DNA from: a virus | Taxonomy: Duplodnaviria > Heunggongvirae > Uroviricota > Caudoviricetes | Virus record (IMG/VR): IMGVR_UViG_3300031772_000004 | Span: 1-42,709 of that record | DNA: 42,709 nt | Direction: 5' to 3' (one strand) | Shown: positions 9,546 to 19,044 of the stretch, in pieces | How positions within the stretch are numbered: the first letter of the stretch is position 1 | Layout of the letters: every line of letters starts with the position of its first letter | Notes under the pieces: model-generated | The model's input: the letters and a program-made list of their open reading frames with translations, nothing else | Database searches by the model: none | What the model was told of the DNA's origin: nothing | Translations under genes and position numbers: made by a program

Positions 9546-12002
9546 ATGGCACAGATTTTATTACCACCTTGGGTAGCTGCACCGATACAGAAGCACATAA
9601 GAACGGAATTTGCTCGACGTTCTAACAATTATGGTATGTCATATTTAAAGACTAATGATAAGTCATATGATCCAGCATATAAAGGGCCACAAACACCATG
9701 GATACGTTGTGTATCGAATACCAAAGTAAGAAATACAACCAATAATTATCAACGAGAAGGATTTGTTTTATATGGCGGAAAAACATTTGCAGAAAAATAT
9801 GGAATAAATGGCAGAAAGCAAATTATAGGTTATGATATGAAGGGTGAGCCGCATGAGATAGATAATAAAGATGCAGCTCAACCATTCCGGCCAATACCAG
9901 CAATTAAATCTATAGATGTTAAAATAAAAATGGATGTATATAGATTTGCAATAATTCGTTGGGATGCTTTTTCTTTAGACCAAATGAATTATATGTCATA
10001 TTATTTTTTTACACCAAAAAATACAATGTTACTGGAATGGGGTTGGAACAATTTCAACAGAGAAAGTCTGATTGATATATCTCAAATAGGAAAATTTGCA
10101 ACATTTGATCCAGAAACTTCAACATATAGAACCAATGACGAATCTGAGGATGTTTTTGAAAATTTATTTTTTCTTGAAGAAGAAAATTCTTATGTAAAAA
10201 CTTCTCATGAAAGACGGGGAATTTTAGATGCTTTTTCTAATCCAGGACTTTTCGAAGAAGGAACAGATCTTTCCGGTGGAAATTATGATGGAATGGTTGG
10301 CCAAATAACAAATTTTTCATATACATTTAATGAAGCAACATTGACATATGAATGCACGACCGAAATTGCTTCTAATTCTAAATACTATATGGCATTAGCA
10401 GTTAGAAATCTAACATATATTACAGATAAAAAAGATGAAACAAAAAGTAAAGAAATAAAAGGGTTTAAAGAATATTGGAGTGATACTTTTGTAAAAGATG
10501 TAATGAATGCTTATAGTAATCCAAATTATTTAATTCAGGGGGTATCATTAGATGGCAGAGCGTTTATACCAAATAAATATTTTTCTGAAGTATTTAAACA
10601 GAAGAAAACGCAGCATTCTGATTTAACATATGTTACCATTGGATTTTTTGTTGAATTGTTGTCTAAATACATAGCAAAAACGGGGAAAATTACGCCAATA
10701 AATTTAGAAGATGTTTTTATTGGCGCACATCCAAATATGATATCAACAAGTCTTGATGTGTTGATACCAAACGCTCTCACCCCCAAATATTTACCAGAAA
10801 AATTATACAATAATCCAGATGCTTCGCCGTCAAGCACAAAAATTAAAACCCCAAAAAATGATGAGACTCCAATGGATGCGGCGAATAGATTGATGGAATC
10901 GGTGCTAAACAATGGACAACAAAGAGAAAATTTAAATGTGATGCTTAATTCTAATCGAGGGGGAGATGTATCTAATTATGCTTTTCCAATTATAAGCAAC
11001 AAGAAAAATAATAAAGATGATGATGATAAACAAAGTCTTTATAAAGGCAAGTTGTCAAATATATTTATTAGCACCCAATTAATTAAACAAATATGTAATC
11101 AGCCTGATATAAAGACAATTTTAACGGCTTTGTGTAGCAGATTAAATGATGTAGGCGTGGTATGGGGATTAGAAGCGATATGTTCAGATAATAATACCAT
11201 AAAAATAATAGATAATAGATTTACCGATGTAGCCTTGCTGAAAAAAGCAAAAGATTTATTGGGCGTCGATAGTGTAATTTATTATTTGGATACTACTTCT
11301 CAATTGTCGGTGGTTCGAGGATTTAAATTTGATGTTAAATTGTCCGATGCAATCGCCAATTCAATTGTAGCAGCAAATCAAGCTAATAAATTTCCAGATA
11401 ATAATCAAACATTGGATAATAGAGTAACCTGGCGTGTTCCAGACGACGTAGAAGTATCAGATTTAATAGTTCCAGAATTAGAAATGCAATCGAAGCGAGA
11501 AATAAAAAACGCAAAAACACTTGAAAGAAATCAAAAGATAGTTGCTGCCGGCGGTGCTGGAAAATTTAATGAGCAAGTTGCAAAGGCTTCAATAGCTGAA
11601 GATGAAAAAAAGGCCAAAGAAGTTGGTAATCCAGAGACAAAAGAGTTAGGAAATATAGATAAAGATTGCTTATATTGTGAAACAGAAAAAAATGGTATAA
11701 AAAGATTTACATTATCTGATAAATACAAATCAAAATATCAAGCAATGTTGAATGATGATACTGCACAATTTGTAAATGTTAATAGTATGCCTATCCCTGG
11801 AACGACAGCGGAATTTTCTGTAAATGGTATAGGTGGATTTAAAACTTTTCAAATATATGGCGTTAAAGCATTACCAAAGCCATATCAAGATAATATTATA
11901 TTTAAAATAAAAGAGGTAAATCACGTCATATCAGACAATGATTGGAATACAACTATTATTTCAACTATAGTACCAGCAAGGGATTTACAAAAATTAATAT
12001 GA
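9546..12002 (+). CDS. Baseplate hub-like structural protein
   Basis: Large ORF after the LysM gene. The C-terminal AEFSVNGIGGFKTFQIY...FKIKEVNHVISDNDWNTTI resembles gp27/gpD-type hub C-termini. Confidence 0.55.
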   Translation: MAQILLPPWVAAPIQKHIRTEFARRSNNYGMSYLKTNDKSYDPAYKGPQTPWIRCVSNTKVRNTTNNYQREGFVLYGGKTFAEKYGINGRKQIIGYDMKGEPHEIDNKDAAQPFRPIPAIKSIDVKIKMDVYRFAIIRWDAFSLDQMNYMSYYFFTPKNTMLLEWGWNNFNRESLIDISQIGKFATFDPETSTYRTNDESEDVFENLFFLEEENSYVKTSHERRGILDAFSNPGLFEEGTDLSGGNYDGMVGQITNFSYTFNEATLTYECTTEIASNSKYYMALAVRNLTYITDKKDETKSKEIKGFKEYWSDTFVKDVMNAYSNPNYLIQGVSLDGRAFIPNKYFSEVFKQKKTQHSDLTYVTIGFFVELLSKYIAKTGKITPINLEDVFIGAHPNMISTSLDVLIPNALTPKYLPEKLYNNPDASPSSTKIKTPKNDETPMDAANRLMESVLNNGQQRENLNVMLNSNRGGDVSNYAFPIISNKKNNKDDDDKQSLYKGKLSNIFISTQLIKQICNQPDIKTILTALCSRLNDVGVVWGLEAICSDNNTIKIIDNRFTDVALLKKAKDLLGVDSVIYYLDTTSQLSVVRGFKFDVKLSDAIANSIVAANQANKFPDNNQTLDNRVTWRVPDDVEVSDLIVPELEMQSKREIKNAKTLERNQKIVAAGGAGKFNEQVAKASIAEDEKKAKEVGNPETKELGNIDKDCLYCETEKNGIKRFTLSDKYKSKYQAMLNDDTAQFVNVNSMPIPGTTAEFSVNGIGGFKTFQIYGVKALPKPYQDNIIFKIKEVNHVISDNDWNTTIISTIVPARDLQKLI

Positions 12003-12382
12003 CCAATATTATTAATAAATATAGAAATTTAAATCCTAATCCAGCATTGGATGGTATTGTTTATGCAAAAGAATATTTCCCCATTCCAACAACGGATGAT
12101 TATACCAAACAAACTATAGAAAGATTTTTTGTTAAGCCTGTCAACAAAGAAAAAATAATTGAGGTTGGCCAAGAAAGATATCGAGCCTGTAGCGATTTTC
12201 TTTATATTAAAACCAGCATATATTGGAAAATTGCTGGTAGTAAAAATAGCATTATCATTAATAATAAAAAACAGGTAGTTGGTGTGGAAGAATTCAATAG
12301 CAAAGAAATAATTCGTGGGAATAAAGTCATCAATGGTTTGAATGAAAAGCTTACAAATCCTTTGGAATTTTATAAAGCTTAA
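11999..12382 (+). CDS. Hypothetical protein ending the baseplate module
   Basis: Start re-called to ATG 11999, which overlaps the TGA of the upstream gene (ATGA); the ORF-track start at 11942 overlaps the upstream gene by 61 nt. Confidence 0.7.
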   Translation: MTNIINKYRNLNPNPALDGIVYAKEYFPIPTTDDYTKQTIERFFVKPVNKEKIIEVGQERYRACSDFLYIKTSIYWKIAGSKNSIIINNKKQVVGVEEFNSKEIIRGNKVINGLNEKLTNPLEFYKA

Positions 12383-12388
12383 AAAAAG

Positions 12389-12416
12389 TTGATATATTTC
12401 TGAATTGTTGTATAGT
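12389..12416 (+). promoter_or_regulatory. Sigma70-type promoter for the polymerase gene
   Basis: TTGATA (12389-94), 16-nt spacer, TATAGT (12411-16); ATG follows 7 nt later. Confidence 0.5.
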
Positions 12417-12423
12417 TTAGGAA

Positions 12424-13791
12424 ATGGTTATAGTTAAGAGTGAATCTGAATACGCTGAATTTCTTTCAGATATTAATAGAAGCATATTATTTTTAGAGGC
12501 GGTTGTTTCTAAAAGTGGTATTCATAATGCTATTAACGATGTATTATGTTTATTTATCTATAATCACACCAAGTCGAAATCATATTGTTTGAATTTATCC
12601 CACCAAGATTGTAAATGCTTATTAAAAGACAAATATATAATCATAAAAGATATATTAAAAAAATCAAGTAAAACATTCGTACTTGATAAAAAGAAGTATA
12701 TTCATCTCTTTAAAGAAAATGATTTTTATGATTTATTGATAACAGAATTTCAAACCAATAATACAAAGGAAGATGTGTCATTGGAGAATTGTGGATTTTT
12801 AAGTAGGAAATTTGGCCATGGGGATAAATTCATATATTTGAATCAAGTCTTGCCACTCGTCAAACAGATGGAGATATTTGAAGAGAAATATAAACAATAT
12901 AAAGAAGAAATTTCCACATTTCATACAGATAAGGCATTTTCTAATATTAATGGAATTATAACGGAAACACTTGCTCAACTTGAAAGCAATGGATTGTGTG
13001 TAAATCCAAAAGAGTTTAACAAACATTTTGGAGATAAAGGCGTGCAACCTGTGGAAGATAAAGTATATACAGAATATAATATATTTACATCAACGGGTCG
13101 GCCGAGCAATAGATTTTTTGGAATAAATTATGCTGCGTTAAATAAAGAAGATGGGTGTAGAAAGTCATTTGTTTCAAGATTTGGTAAGGATGGAATGTTA
13201 TTGGTGATTGATTATAGTGCTTATCATCCGCATATTATTGCCAATTTGGTTAACTATAAAGATATAACTTTTGAAACGGATGTATATGATTTCCTCGGGC
13301 GGTTATATTTGAAAAAGGATAAACTGACTGAGGCCGATATTAAGAAGTCTAAGAATATAACCTTTCAGAATTTGTATGGTGGTATTCGCAAAGAATATAG
13401 AGCCATTCCATTTTTCAAAGAGATAGAGCAATATATTGAGCATCGCTGGAAATTCTTTAAAGAGAATGGTTATGTTGAAACGCCGGTGTGGAAACGAAAA
13501 ATAACTGATAAGCACATTGTAGATGCTAATCCGAATAAACTCTTTAATTATATATTACAAGCATCAGAAACAGAGTTTTCTTTGCAGAATATAAATAGAG
13601 TAAATGAATATTTGAAGAATAAAAAGACCTGTGTTATTTTATATACATATGATGCTATCTTGTTGGATGCTTGTAAGGATGATAAACGGCAAACTCTTAA
13701 AGATGTTAAGCAAATGATGATTGACAATCAATTCCCCGTTAAATGCTACTCTGGCAACAATTACCACGAAATGTCGTTAATTAGTTTGTAA
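12424..13791 (+). CDS. Compact family A DNA polymerase (polymerase domain plus degenerate N-terminal region)
   Basis: STGRPSNRF, motif A VIDYSAYHPHII, motif B KKSKNITFQNLYG, motif C variant LYTYDAILLD. Confidence 0.85.
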   Translation: MVIVKSESEYAEFLSDINRSILFLEAVVSKSGIHNAINDVLCLFIYNHTKSKSYCLNLSHQDCKCLLKDKYIIIKDILKKSSKTFVLDKKKYIHLFKENDFYDLLITEFQTNNTKEDVSLENCGFLSRKFGHGDKFIYLNQVLPLVKQMEIFEEKYKQYKEEISTFHTDKAFSNINGIITETLAQLESNGLCVNPKEFNKHFGDKGVQPVEDKVYTEYNIFTSTGRPSNRFFGINYAALNKEDGCRKSFVSRFGKDGMLLVIDYSAYHPHIIANLVNYKDITFETDVYDFLGRLYLKKDKLTEADIKKSKNITFQNLYGGIRKEYRAIPFFKEIEQYIEHRWKFFKENGYVETPVWKRKITDKHIVDANPNKLFNYILQASETEFSLQNINRVNEYLKNKKTCVILYTYDAILLDACKDDKRQTLKDVKQMMIDNQFPVKCYSGNNYHEMSLISL

Positions 13792-13827
13792 TTTCGGGCA
13801 GTATTCTTATATTTATTGCTATAAGCA

Positions 13828-15279
13828 ATGATTACCTTTGATAAGATGTTGACGGAGTATTTTTATACTCGTGACGATAATGGTGCGTTTTTTGATATTT
13901 GTAATCAAAAAGACTGCCAGGAACTAACCCAATTTATAGCGGAAAACAAGACCGGTTTACTTAATGAATTTAGTATTGTTAGTTTATTAAAAGCCGGTGT
14001 TATTTTTGTAAAAAACAAATTCAAAACTTTAACAGAAAGAATTGCAGATGTTATTGGAAGCAAAGATGTAAATACCGTTTTTGAAGTAACCATCCCCTAT
14101 GTTGATGTTCCAGAATATAGAGCATTGGATAATGTTTTTGATGTAGAACAAGAGCCAGCCGAAAAGCCAGCCGAATTAACTGAGGGTGCCATTGAATCCA
14201 TAAAAGGAAATTACAATGAAGTTTTGACTTGTAGATATGTCATTAAGAAAAACAAAACCCCCATAAAATTATATATTGTTGGATTATTAGAAGAAGCTAA
14301 ATCTAATGACGGAAACATTGTTGTTGTAGATTTAGATTCCGATGGTAAAAATAAAGCTGGAGAAATAAATGCTTTAGTAAACCGCTGGGACCAAAAATTA
14401 AAGATAGCAGCAAAAGATAAATATACAGAAATAGTAAGTGTAATTGATATGGCCAGTCACGATATGGCTGATTATATAATTAAGAACGTGGGTACATCCG
14501 GCGGAGTAATCTTAGCAATTTGGTTAGTAAATACAGAATATATGAAGGGTGCAAGTTATAAAGCTGATATAAAATTAAAAATCAAGAAAGGCGGCGGAGA
14601 ATTTTTAAAGAATTTTTCGTTGAAAATGTATAGTAATACAAGTGTAAATCTTATAAATTCTACTCTTATAAGTTCCGTAAAAAACTGGTGTGGAGAACAG
14701 GCATCGGCGGAAATGAAAAGAAAGGTAGAAAGCGATGACAAAATACAGCGTTTGATAAAATTAGAGCGACTTATTCATGGAGCTGTTAAACGCTCAAAAG
14801 CCGAAGAAAAGCCAAAAGATTATAGAGATTTTGTTAATGCAATGTATAAAGTATATGTTAAAGAGGGCTTTCAGATTTCCATTCCAAAGTCACAATTGTA
14901 TACAACAGATGGATTGAGAATAATTAGAGGTAATGTTCGAGAAAAAATTAACCCAATGTTGGCAACATATCTTTACGAATTTCTAAGACGATACATTTCC
15001 AAACCAGAGGGTAAGGATTATTTCATAAAGAATTTTTTAATGTCAATCGGATTTTCAGATAAAGACACAGATTTCATATTAGCCGTTGTTGGTTCTAAAC
15101 AGGTGAAAGATAAGAAATCAATGATAATTGATAAACATCCAGAGTTGAACTTTGATAATATGAAATTAGAACATACTCCTGGGACAGTTGGTATACGAAT
15201 TGTAAATGATGGTAAAAAGATAGCAACATTGGGGTTCAAAGAGGGTAAATTTGTGACAGGATTAGTTAAATTTGACTAA
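13828..15279 (+). CDS. Hypothetical protein, possible PD-(D/E)xK nuclease-like fold
   Basis: GNYNEVLT...KADIKL...FSLK pattern is reminiscent of restriction-endonuclease-fold cores. Weak evidence. Confidence 0.4.
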   Translation: MITFDKMLTEYFYTRDDNGAFFDICNQKDCQELTQFIAENKTGLLNEFSIVSLLKAGVIFVKNKFKTLTERIADVIGSKDVNTVFEVTIPYVDVPEYRALDNVFDVEQEPAEKPAELTEGAIESIKGNYNEVLTCRYVIKKNKTPIKLYIVGLLEEAKSNDGNIVVVDLDSDGKNKAGEINALVNRWDQKLKIAAKDKYTEIVSVIDMASHDMADYIIKNVGTSGGVILAIWLVNTEYMKGASYKADIKLKIKKGGGEFLKNFSLKMYSNTSVNLINSTLISSVKNWCGEQASAEMKRKVESDDKIQRLIKLERLIHGAVKRSKAEEKPKDYRDFVNAMYKVYVKEGFQISIPKSQLYTTDGLRIIRGNVREKINPMLATYLYEFLRRYISKPEGKDYFIKNFLMSIGFSDKDTDFILAVVGSKQVKDKKSMIIDKHPELNFDNMKLEHTPGTVGIRIVNDGKKIATLGFKEGKFVTGLVKFD

Positions 15280-15312
15280 TCTGAATTATATATATATAAG
15301 AATGGTTTAAAT

Positions 15313-15672
15313 ATGACAAAGAATGAGCTAAAACAACTGATATTGGAAGTAATTGATGAAGCCGCAGGCAGTAGACTTTACAAGTATATATTTATAACCG
15401 ATGCATATGGCAATGTTAAAGAAAAATTTAATAATCTGACCATTGAAAAAATGGAAATGTTATTACCTTCTGCCTATATTTGTCTCACACAATATGCTAC
15501 AGATATTTCTGGTGGTTTACGCATTTGGACAATTGAAAATAGAAAAACCGGCCATGAACTTAGCAATGCTTTATTGATGTGTACTAAAGACGATGCTGTA
15601 GCAAAACAAATTGAGATGGGCGAAGTAAATCCCGCCGACCGAGATAAAAACTTTGAGATGGTTGCCATTTAA
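15313..15672 (+). CDS. Hypothetical protein with LKxLIxE leader
   Basis: Begins MTKNELKQLILEVIDEA; preceded by a TATATATA run at 15287-15298. Confidence 0.75.
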   Translation: MTKNELKQLILEVIDEAAGSRLYKYIFITDAYGNVKEKFNNLTIEKMEMLLPSAYICLTQYATDISGGLRIWTIENRKTGHELSNALLMCTKDDAVAKQIEMGEVNPADRDKNFEMVAI

Positions 15673-15688
15673 CTTATAGAAAAAGAAT

Positions 15689-16324
15689 ATGAGAACAATA
15701 GTTGAAAAATTTATAAATGAAATCTGTTTGGATGAAAGATTGGAAGAGGGAATGTTTTTTATTGATGACAATAACCATATGGATATTCTTCAAGAGCACC
15801 TTCAAAATCGAGGCCTTTCAGAAGAAGAAGCAATAGAAATGAGAAATAAAGTGGTTGAGGGGCGCTTTCCTGAACGGCAGGCGTATAATAAGATGGGTCT
15901 GTTAGTAACCTTTCCAACTCCAGAATACAAAAAGAGAGCCTTAGATAGAGGTACACATTTTGAGCAAGACCCGACTAAGCAAGCACCGAATGTTAAGTTT
16001 GATGCTACGGGTGCGCCAGTTACTCCACCAGCCGCTCCGGCTGCTCCAACTGCACCGGCTCCAGCTGCACCAACCGCTCCAGCTGCTCCAGCAGAAGCTC
16101 CACCAACGCCTAGTCCAGCACCTGCTCCGCCACCCGCTCCAACAGCTGCTCCAACACCTGCACCCGCTCCAGTTCCAACGCCTGCTCCTGTTGCGACAGA
16201 ACCACCAATAGCTGCTCCGTCTCCAGAACCACCAACAGTTTCACCAACTCCTGCTGAAGCGCCAAAGGAACCCGGTCAGAAAAAGGCCGAATCAGAATAT
16301 GTAGAAAAAATTCTAAAATCATAA
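15689..16324 (+). CDS. Hypothetical protein with Pro/Ala/Thr-rich low-complexity C-half
   Basis: Globular-looking N-terminal ~100 aa, then ~85 aa of APTAPAPA-type repeats. Confidence 0.8.
   Translation: MRTIVEKFINEICLDERLEEGMFFIDDNNHMDILQEHLQNRGLSEEEAIEMRNKVVEGRFPERQAYNKMGLLVTFPTPEYKKRALDRGTHFEQDPTKQAPNVKFDATGAPVTPPAAPAAPTAPAPAAPTAPAAPAEAPPTPSPAPAPPPAPTAAPTPAPAPVPTPAPVATEPPIAAPSPEPPTVSPTPAEAPKEPGQKKAESEYVEKILKS
16021..16265 (+). repeat. Imperfect tandem coding repeats (CCA/GCT-rich)
   Basis: Recurrent (CC)GCTCCA / CCAGCT / GCACCT units encoding PAAPAAPTAPAPAAPTAP; locally GC-rich relative to the flanks. Confidence 0.8.
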
Positions 16325-16360
16325 ACAAGATTTATGCGTTATAGATAGAATGATATTAAA

Positions 16361-16753
16361 ATGAAATCGAACCAGCTTTTGTGTACATTTACAACACCAA
16401 ATGATTATAAACTTATAATATCATCATTAAAACGATTTTATTTTATTCCTGACAAAATATTCTTTATTTTTGAAAATGCGAATGCTCCCAATGAAATAAT
16501 ATTGACTTATAATGTAAGCGTGCGAGATACAAATAACAAGTTTCCTTTTACAATTTCAATTCATAGAAAAAAAGACACAAATACACTTTATACATTGAAT
16601 GCTATGAATTGTATAATAAAGGAAGAAAATAATGGTGTTTTAGATAAAACTTTTGAGGTGGACTGGCCATTATATAAAAATTCTTTAATTATCACGACGG
16701 AAACAGGTTATAAAATTATAAATTTAAATCTTATAGACACCGAAAGATTCTAA
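16361..16753 (+). CDS. Hypothetical protein
   Basis: Clean 130-aa ORF (QLLCTF...IHRKKDTNTLYTLNAMN...DWPLYKNSLI) in gene-sized spacing. Confidence 0.75.
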   Translation: MKSNQLLCTFTTPNDYKLIISSLKRFYFIPDKIFFIFENANAPNEIILTYNVSVRDTNNKFPFTISIHRKKDTNTLYTLNAMNCIIKEENNGVLDKTFEVDWPLYKNSLIITTETGYKIINLNLIDTERF

Positions 16754-16775
16754 TATATATATGAGGAATATTATT

Positions 16776-17417
16776 ATGACAAAAATTAAATTAAAACAAT
16801 TAATTGAAGAATCCGCCATAGAACAACAAAGTGATGTTATAAATTTAAAGGAAAATTCCTTAAACGGCGATTATATACGCAAATTAATGAAACTGAATCC
16901 TAAATGGAATCCTGAAGATGCTATAAAAGATTTTGGAGATCAATTTGATAGTGATGATGAACAAGACGAAAAAGAACATAGAGAATATATGGCTAATGCA
17001 GAAGAATGGATTAAAAATTTAATTGAATTTAAACCTGGTGTTAAAATTGGCGATTGGGTTAAAGTTCATCCAAGACAAATGCAAGGTAATGTGAAATGGA
17101 CCATTGGAAGAATTGAAGCAGAATCCCAAATGCAAGGCCATGATTATGGAGAGAGTGGGTATAAAGGACCATCAATAATACCTGCTTGGGATATACGCGT
17201 CTTCATGGAAGATGTACATGATTTTTATAATGATAAAGAGCCAAATATTTATGTATTTGCGGGAGGAAAGATTTATTATAATTCAGGAATTATCTCTTAC
17301 GCCCAACACGATGAAATTCAATCAAATTCCGGCGTGGAAACATATAAAACTTATAAAAAAGAAAATACTTTCACAAGGTTATCAGCGCAGAATTTTAAGA
17401 TGCAAGATATAAAATAA
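16776..17417 (+). CDS. Hypothetical protein with LKxLIxE leader
   Basis: Start re-called to ATG 16776 because GAGGA lies at 16763-67; begins MTKIKLKQLIEES. Confidence 0.7.
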   Translation: MTKIKLKQLIEESAIEQQSDVINLKENSLNGDYIRKLMKLNPKWNPEDAIKDFGDQFDSDDEQDEKEHREYMANAEEWIKNLIEFKPGVKIGDWVKVHPRQMQGNVKWTIGRIEAESQMQGHDYGESGYKGPSIIPAWDIRVFMEDVHDFYNDKEPNIYVFAGGKIYYNSGIISYAQHDEIQSNSGVETYKTYKKENTFTRLSAQNFKMQDIK

Positions 17418-17452
17418 TTAAAATTTAGTTATAATAAATGATTTAAAATAAA

Positions 17453-17481
17453 TTGAAAAAAATGTAGGTTTTCAGTATACT
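17453..17481 (+). promoter_or_regulatory. Sigma70-type promoter for the lipoprotein gene
   Basis: TTGAAA, 17-nt spacer, TATACT. Confidence 0.65.
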
Positions 17482-17521
17482 TCAATAGTTATTAAGGGTA
17501 TACCCCCAAAGGAAATAAATT

Positions 17522-18004
17522 ATGAAATCAATAATAGTAGTAGTATTGTCAGTATTAGCCGCATCTGCAATGTTATTTACAAGTGCTTGTTCGACCACAA
17601 ACACAGTTGCGCAAAATGCATGCATTGCATCAAGAATAGTAACTCCATTTGCAATTGATGCAGGATTGCAATATGCAGTGAGTGATCCAGCAAATCGTCT
17701 TGTGATTGAACACCAGATATTTGTTGTCGCAGATAGTATTGTAACATTGTCAACAAATGGAACAGTATCAGTTGATGCTGTTACTGCTGCATTCAATGTT
17801 GTAACAAATCCAACGCTTAAGTTGATATTGAATCCAATATTAGGCTTGTATGAAACTTATTATGCCCAATTGCAGGGAAACAATACAGTTAGTCAGGCTA
17901 CGCAAATTCTGGGATGTATTGCTGCTGATGCAAAGGCTGCAACAACACCAGCTGCTGTAGAAAAATCACAAGAGAAGGGACTTGCTTTGTATCGAAAGAA
18001 TTGA
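17522..18004 (+). CDS. Putative lipoprotein (moron-like)
   Basis: MK plus a hydrophobic stretch ending FTSA-C (lipobox-like, non-canonical T at -3). AAGGA Shine-Dalgarno upstream; has its own promoter and terminator. Confidence 0.65.
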   Translation: MKSIIVVVLSVLAASAMLFTSACSTTNTVAQNACIASRIVTPFAIDAGLQYAVSDPANRLVIEHQIFVVADSIVTLSTNGTVSVDAVTAAFNVVTNPTLKLILNPILGLYETYYAQLQGNNTVSQATQILGCIAADAKAATTPAAVEKSQEKGLALYRKN

Positions 18005-18026
18005 TACTAAATAGCATACAATTAAG

Positions 18027-18060
18027 AAACCACGAATATAAAAATTCGTGGTTTTTTATT
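18027..18060 (+). terminator. Rho-independent terminator
   Basis: AAACCACGAAT / ATTCGTGGTTT stem with a 6-nt loop, followed by a T-rich tail. Confidence 0.85.
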
Positions 18061-18082
18061 GAAAAAATTTCATTATAATATG

Positions 18083-18110
18083 TTGAAAGATTTATTTTTT
18101 CGCGTATAGT
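18083..18110 (+). promoter_or_regulatory. Sigma70-type promoter for the SSB-recA unit
   Basis: TTGAAA, 16-nt spacer, TATAGT. Confidence 0.5.
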
Positions 18111-18195
18111 TTGATATGTATAAGAGGACAGAATAAAAAACTATAACTGTTTAAATTAGACTGTCCAATTTAACTAATTAAGGAATTAACTAATT

Positions 18196-19044
18196 ATGGC
18201 ATTAGACCTAACAAAGATACAAAGTCGCTTGAAAGACCTTTCGAGCAAAAACTCTGAACGCAGTAAGTTGATATGGAAACCAGTTCCCGGAAAGCAAACC
18301 GTCCGAATTGTTCCCTACAGCAAGAATCCGGAAAACCCATTCATTGAGTTGAAGTTTCATTATAATATGAATAATAAAACATATCTCTCACCGGATACTT
18401 TTAATCGACCAGATCCAATTGTGGAATTCTCCACCAAATTGAAGCTATCTGGCGATAAAGAAGAATGGAAGATTGGCAAGAAACTTGAGCCAAAACTCCG
18501 CACATTTGCACCTGTTATTGTTCGTGGACAAGAAGATGAAGGTGTAAAGTTTTGGGGCTTCGGAAAGCAAGTTTATGAAGCAATCTTATCTGTTATTGCT
18601 GACCCGGATTATGGTGATATTACTGACTTGGCCAGTGGCCGAGATATTGTTGTGGAATTCAAGACCGCCGAAGAAGCGGGCAAGAGTTTCCCAGAAACAA
18701 CTATCATAGTAAAGCCAAATAAGACTCCCGCTGTTGACCCAACCAAGAAAGAATTAATTGAGAAGATTAAGAATCAATCTGATATTCTCGATTTGTTCCC
18801 AGAGTTGAGTTACGACGAGTTGAAGAATGTAATGGATGCATGGTTACATCCAGAAGAATCCGACGATGATAAGACAAGCGCTACAGTAGGTACGTCTGAG
18901 ACAGATACTCCGGCAACCAGTATTAGCGTTGCAGCAGCAGCTGCAGCCGCAAAGGTAGCATCTCCAAGCAATACCATTTCAAAGGAAAATGCTGAAGATA
19001 TTACCAAAGCGTTTGACAATCTGTTCGGAACAGAAAAGAAATAA
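18196..19044 (+). CDS. Single-stranded DNA-binding protein, T4 gp32-like
   Basis: WKPVPGKQTVRIVPY...GVKFWGFGKQVY...DYGDITDLASGRDI core; acidic tail ending AFDNLF; adjacent to recA. Confidence 0.85.
   Translation: MALDLTKIQSRLKDLSSKNSERSKLIWKPVPGKQTVRIVPYSKNPENPFIELKFHYNMNNKTYLSPDTFNRPDPIVEFSTKLKLSGDKEEWKIGKKLEPKLRTFAPVIVRGQEDEGVKFWGFGKQVYEAILSVIADPDYGDITDLASGRDIVVEFKTAEEAGKSFPETTIIVKPNKTPAVDPTKKELIEKIKNQSDILDLFPELSYDELKNVMDAWLHPEESDDDKTSATVGTSETDTPATSISVAAAAAAAKVASPSNTISKENAEDITKAFDNLFGTEKK

Noticed and set aside
15960-16328. Alternative-frame ORFs 15960-16211 (+) and 16110-16328 (-)
   Set aside because: Artefacts of the stop-poor Pro/Ala repeat; the translations are Leu/Gln/His repeats.
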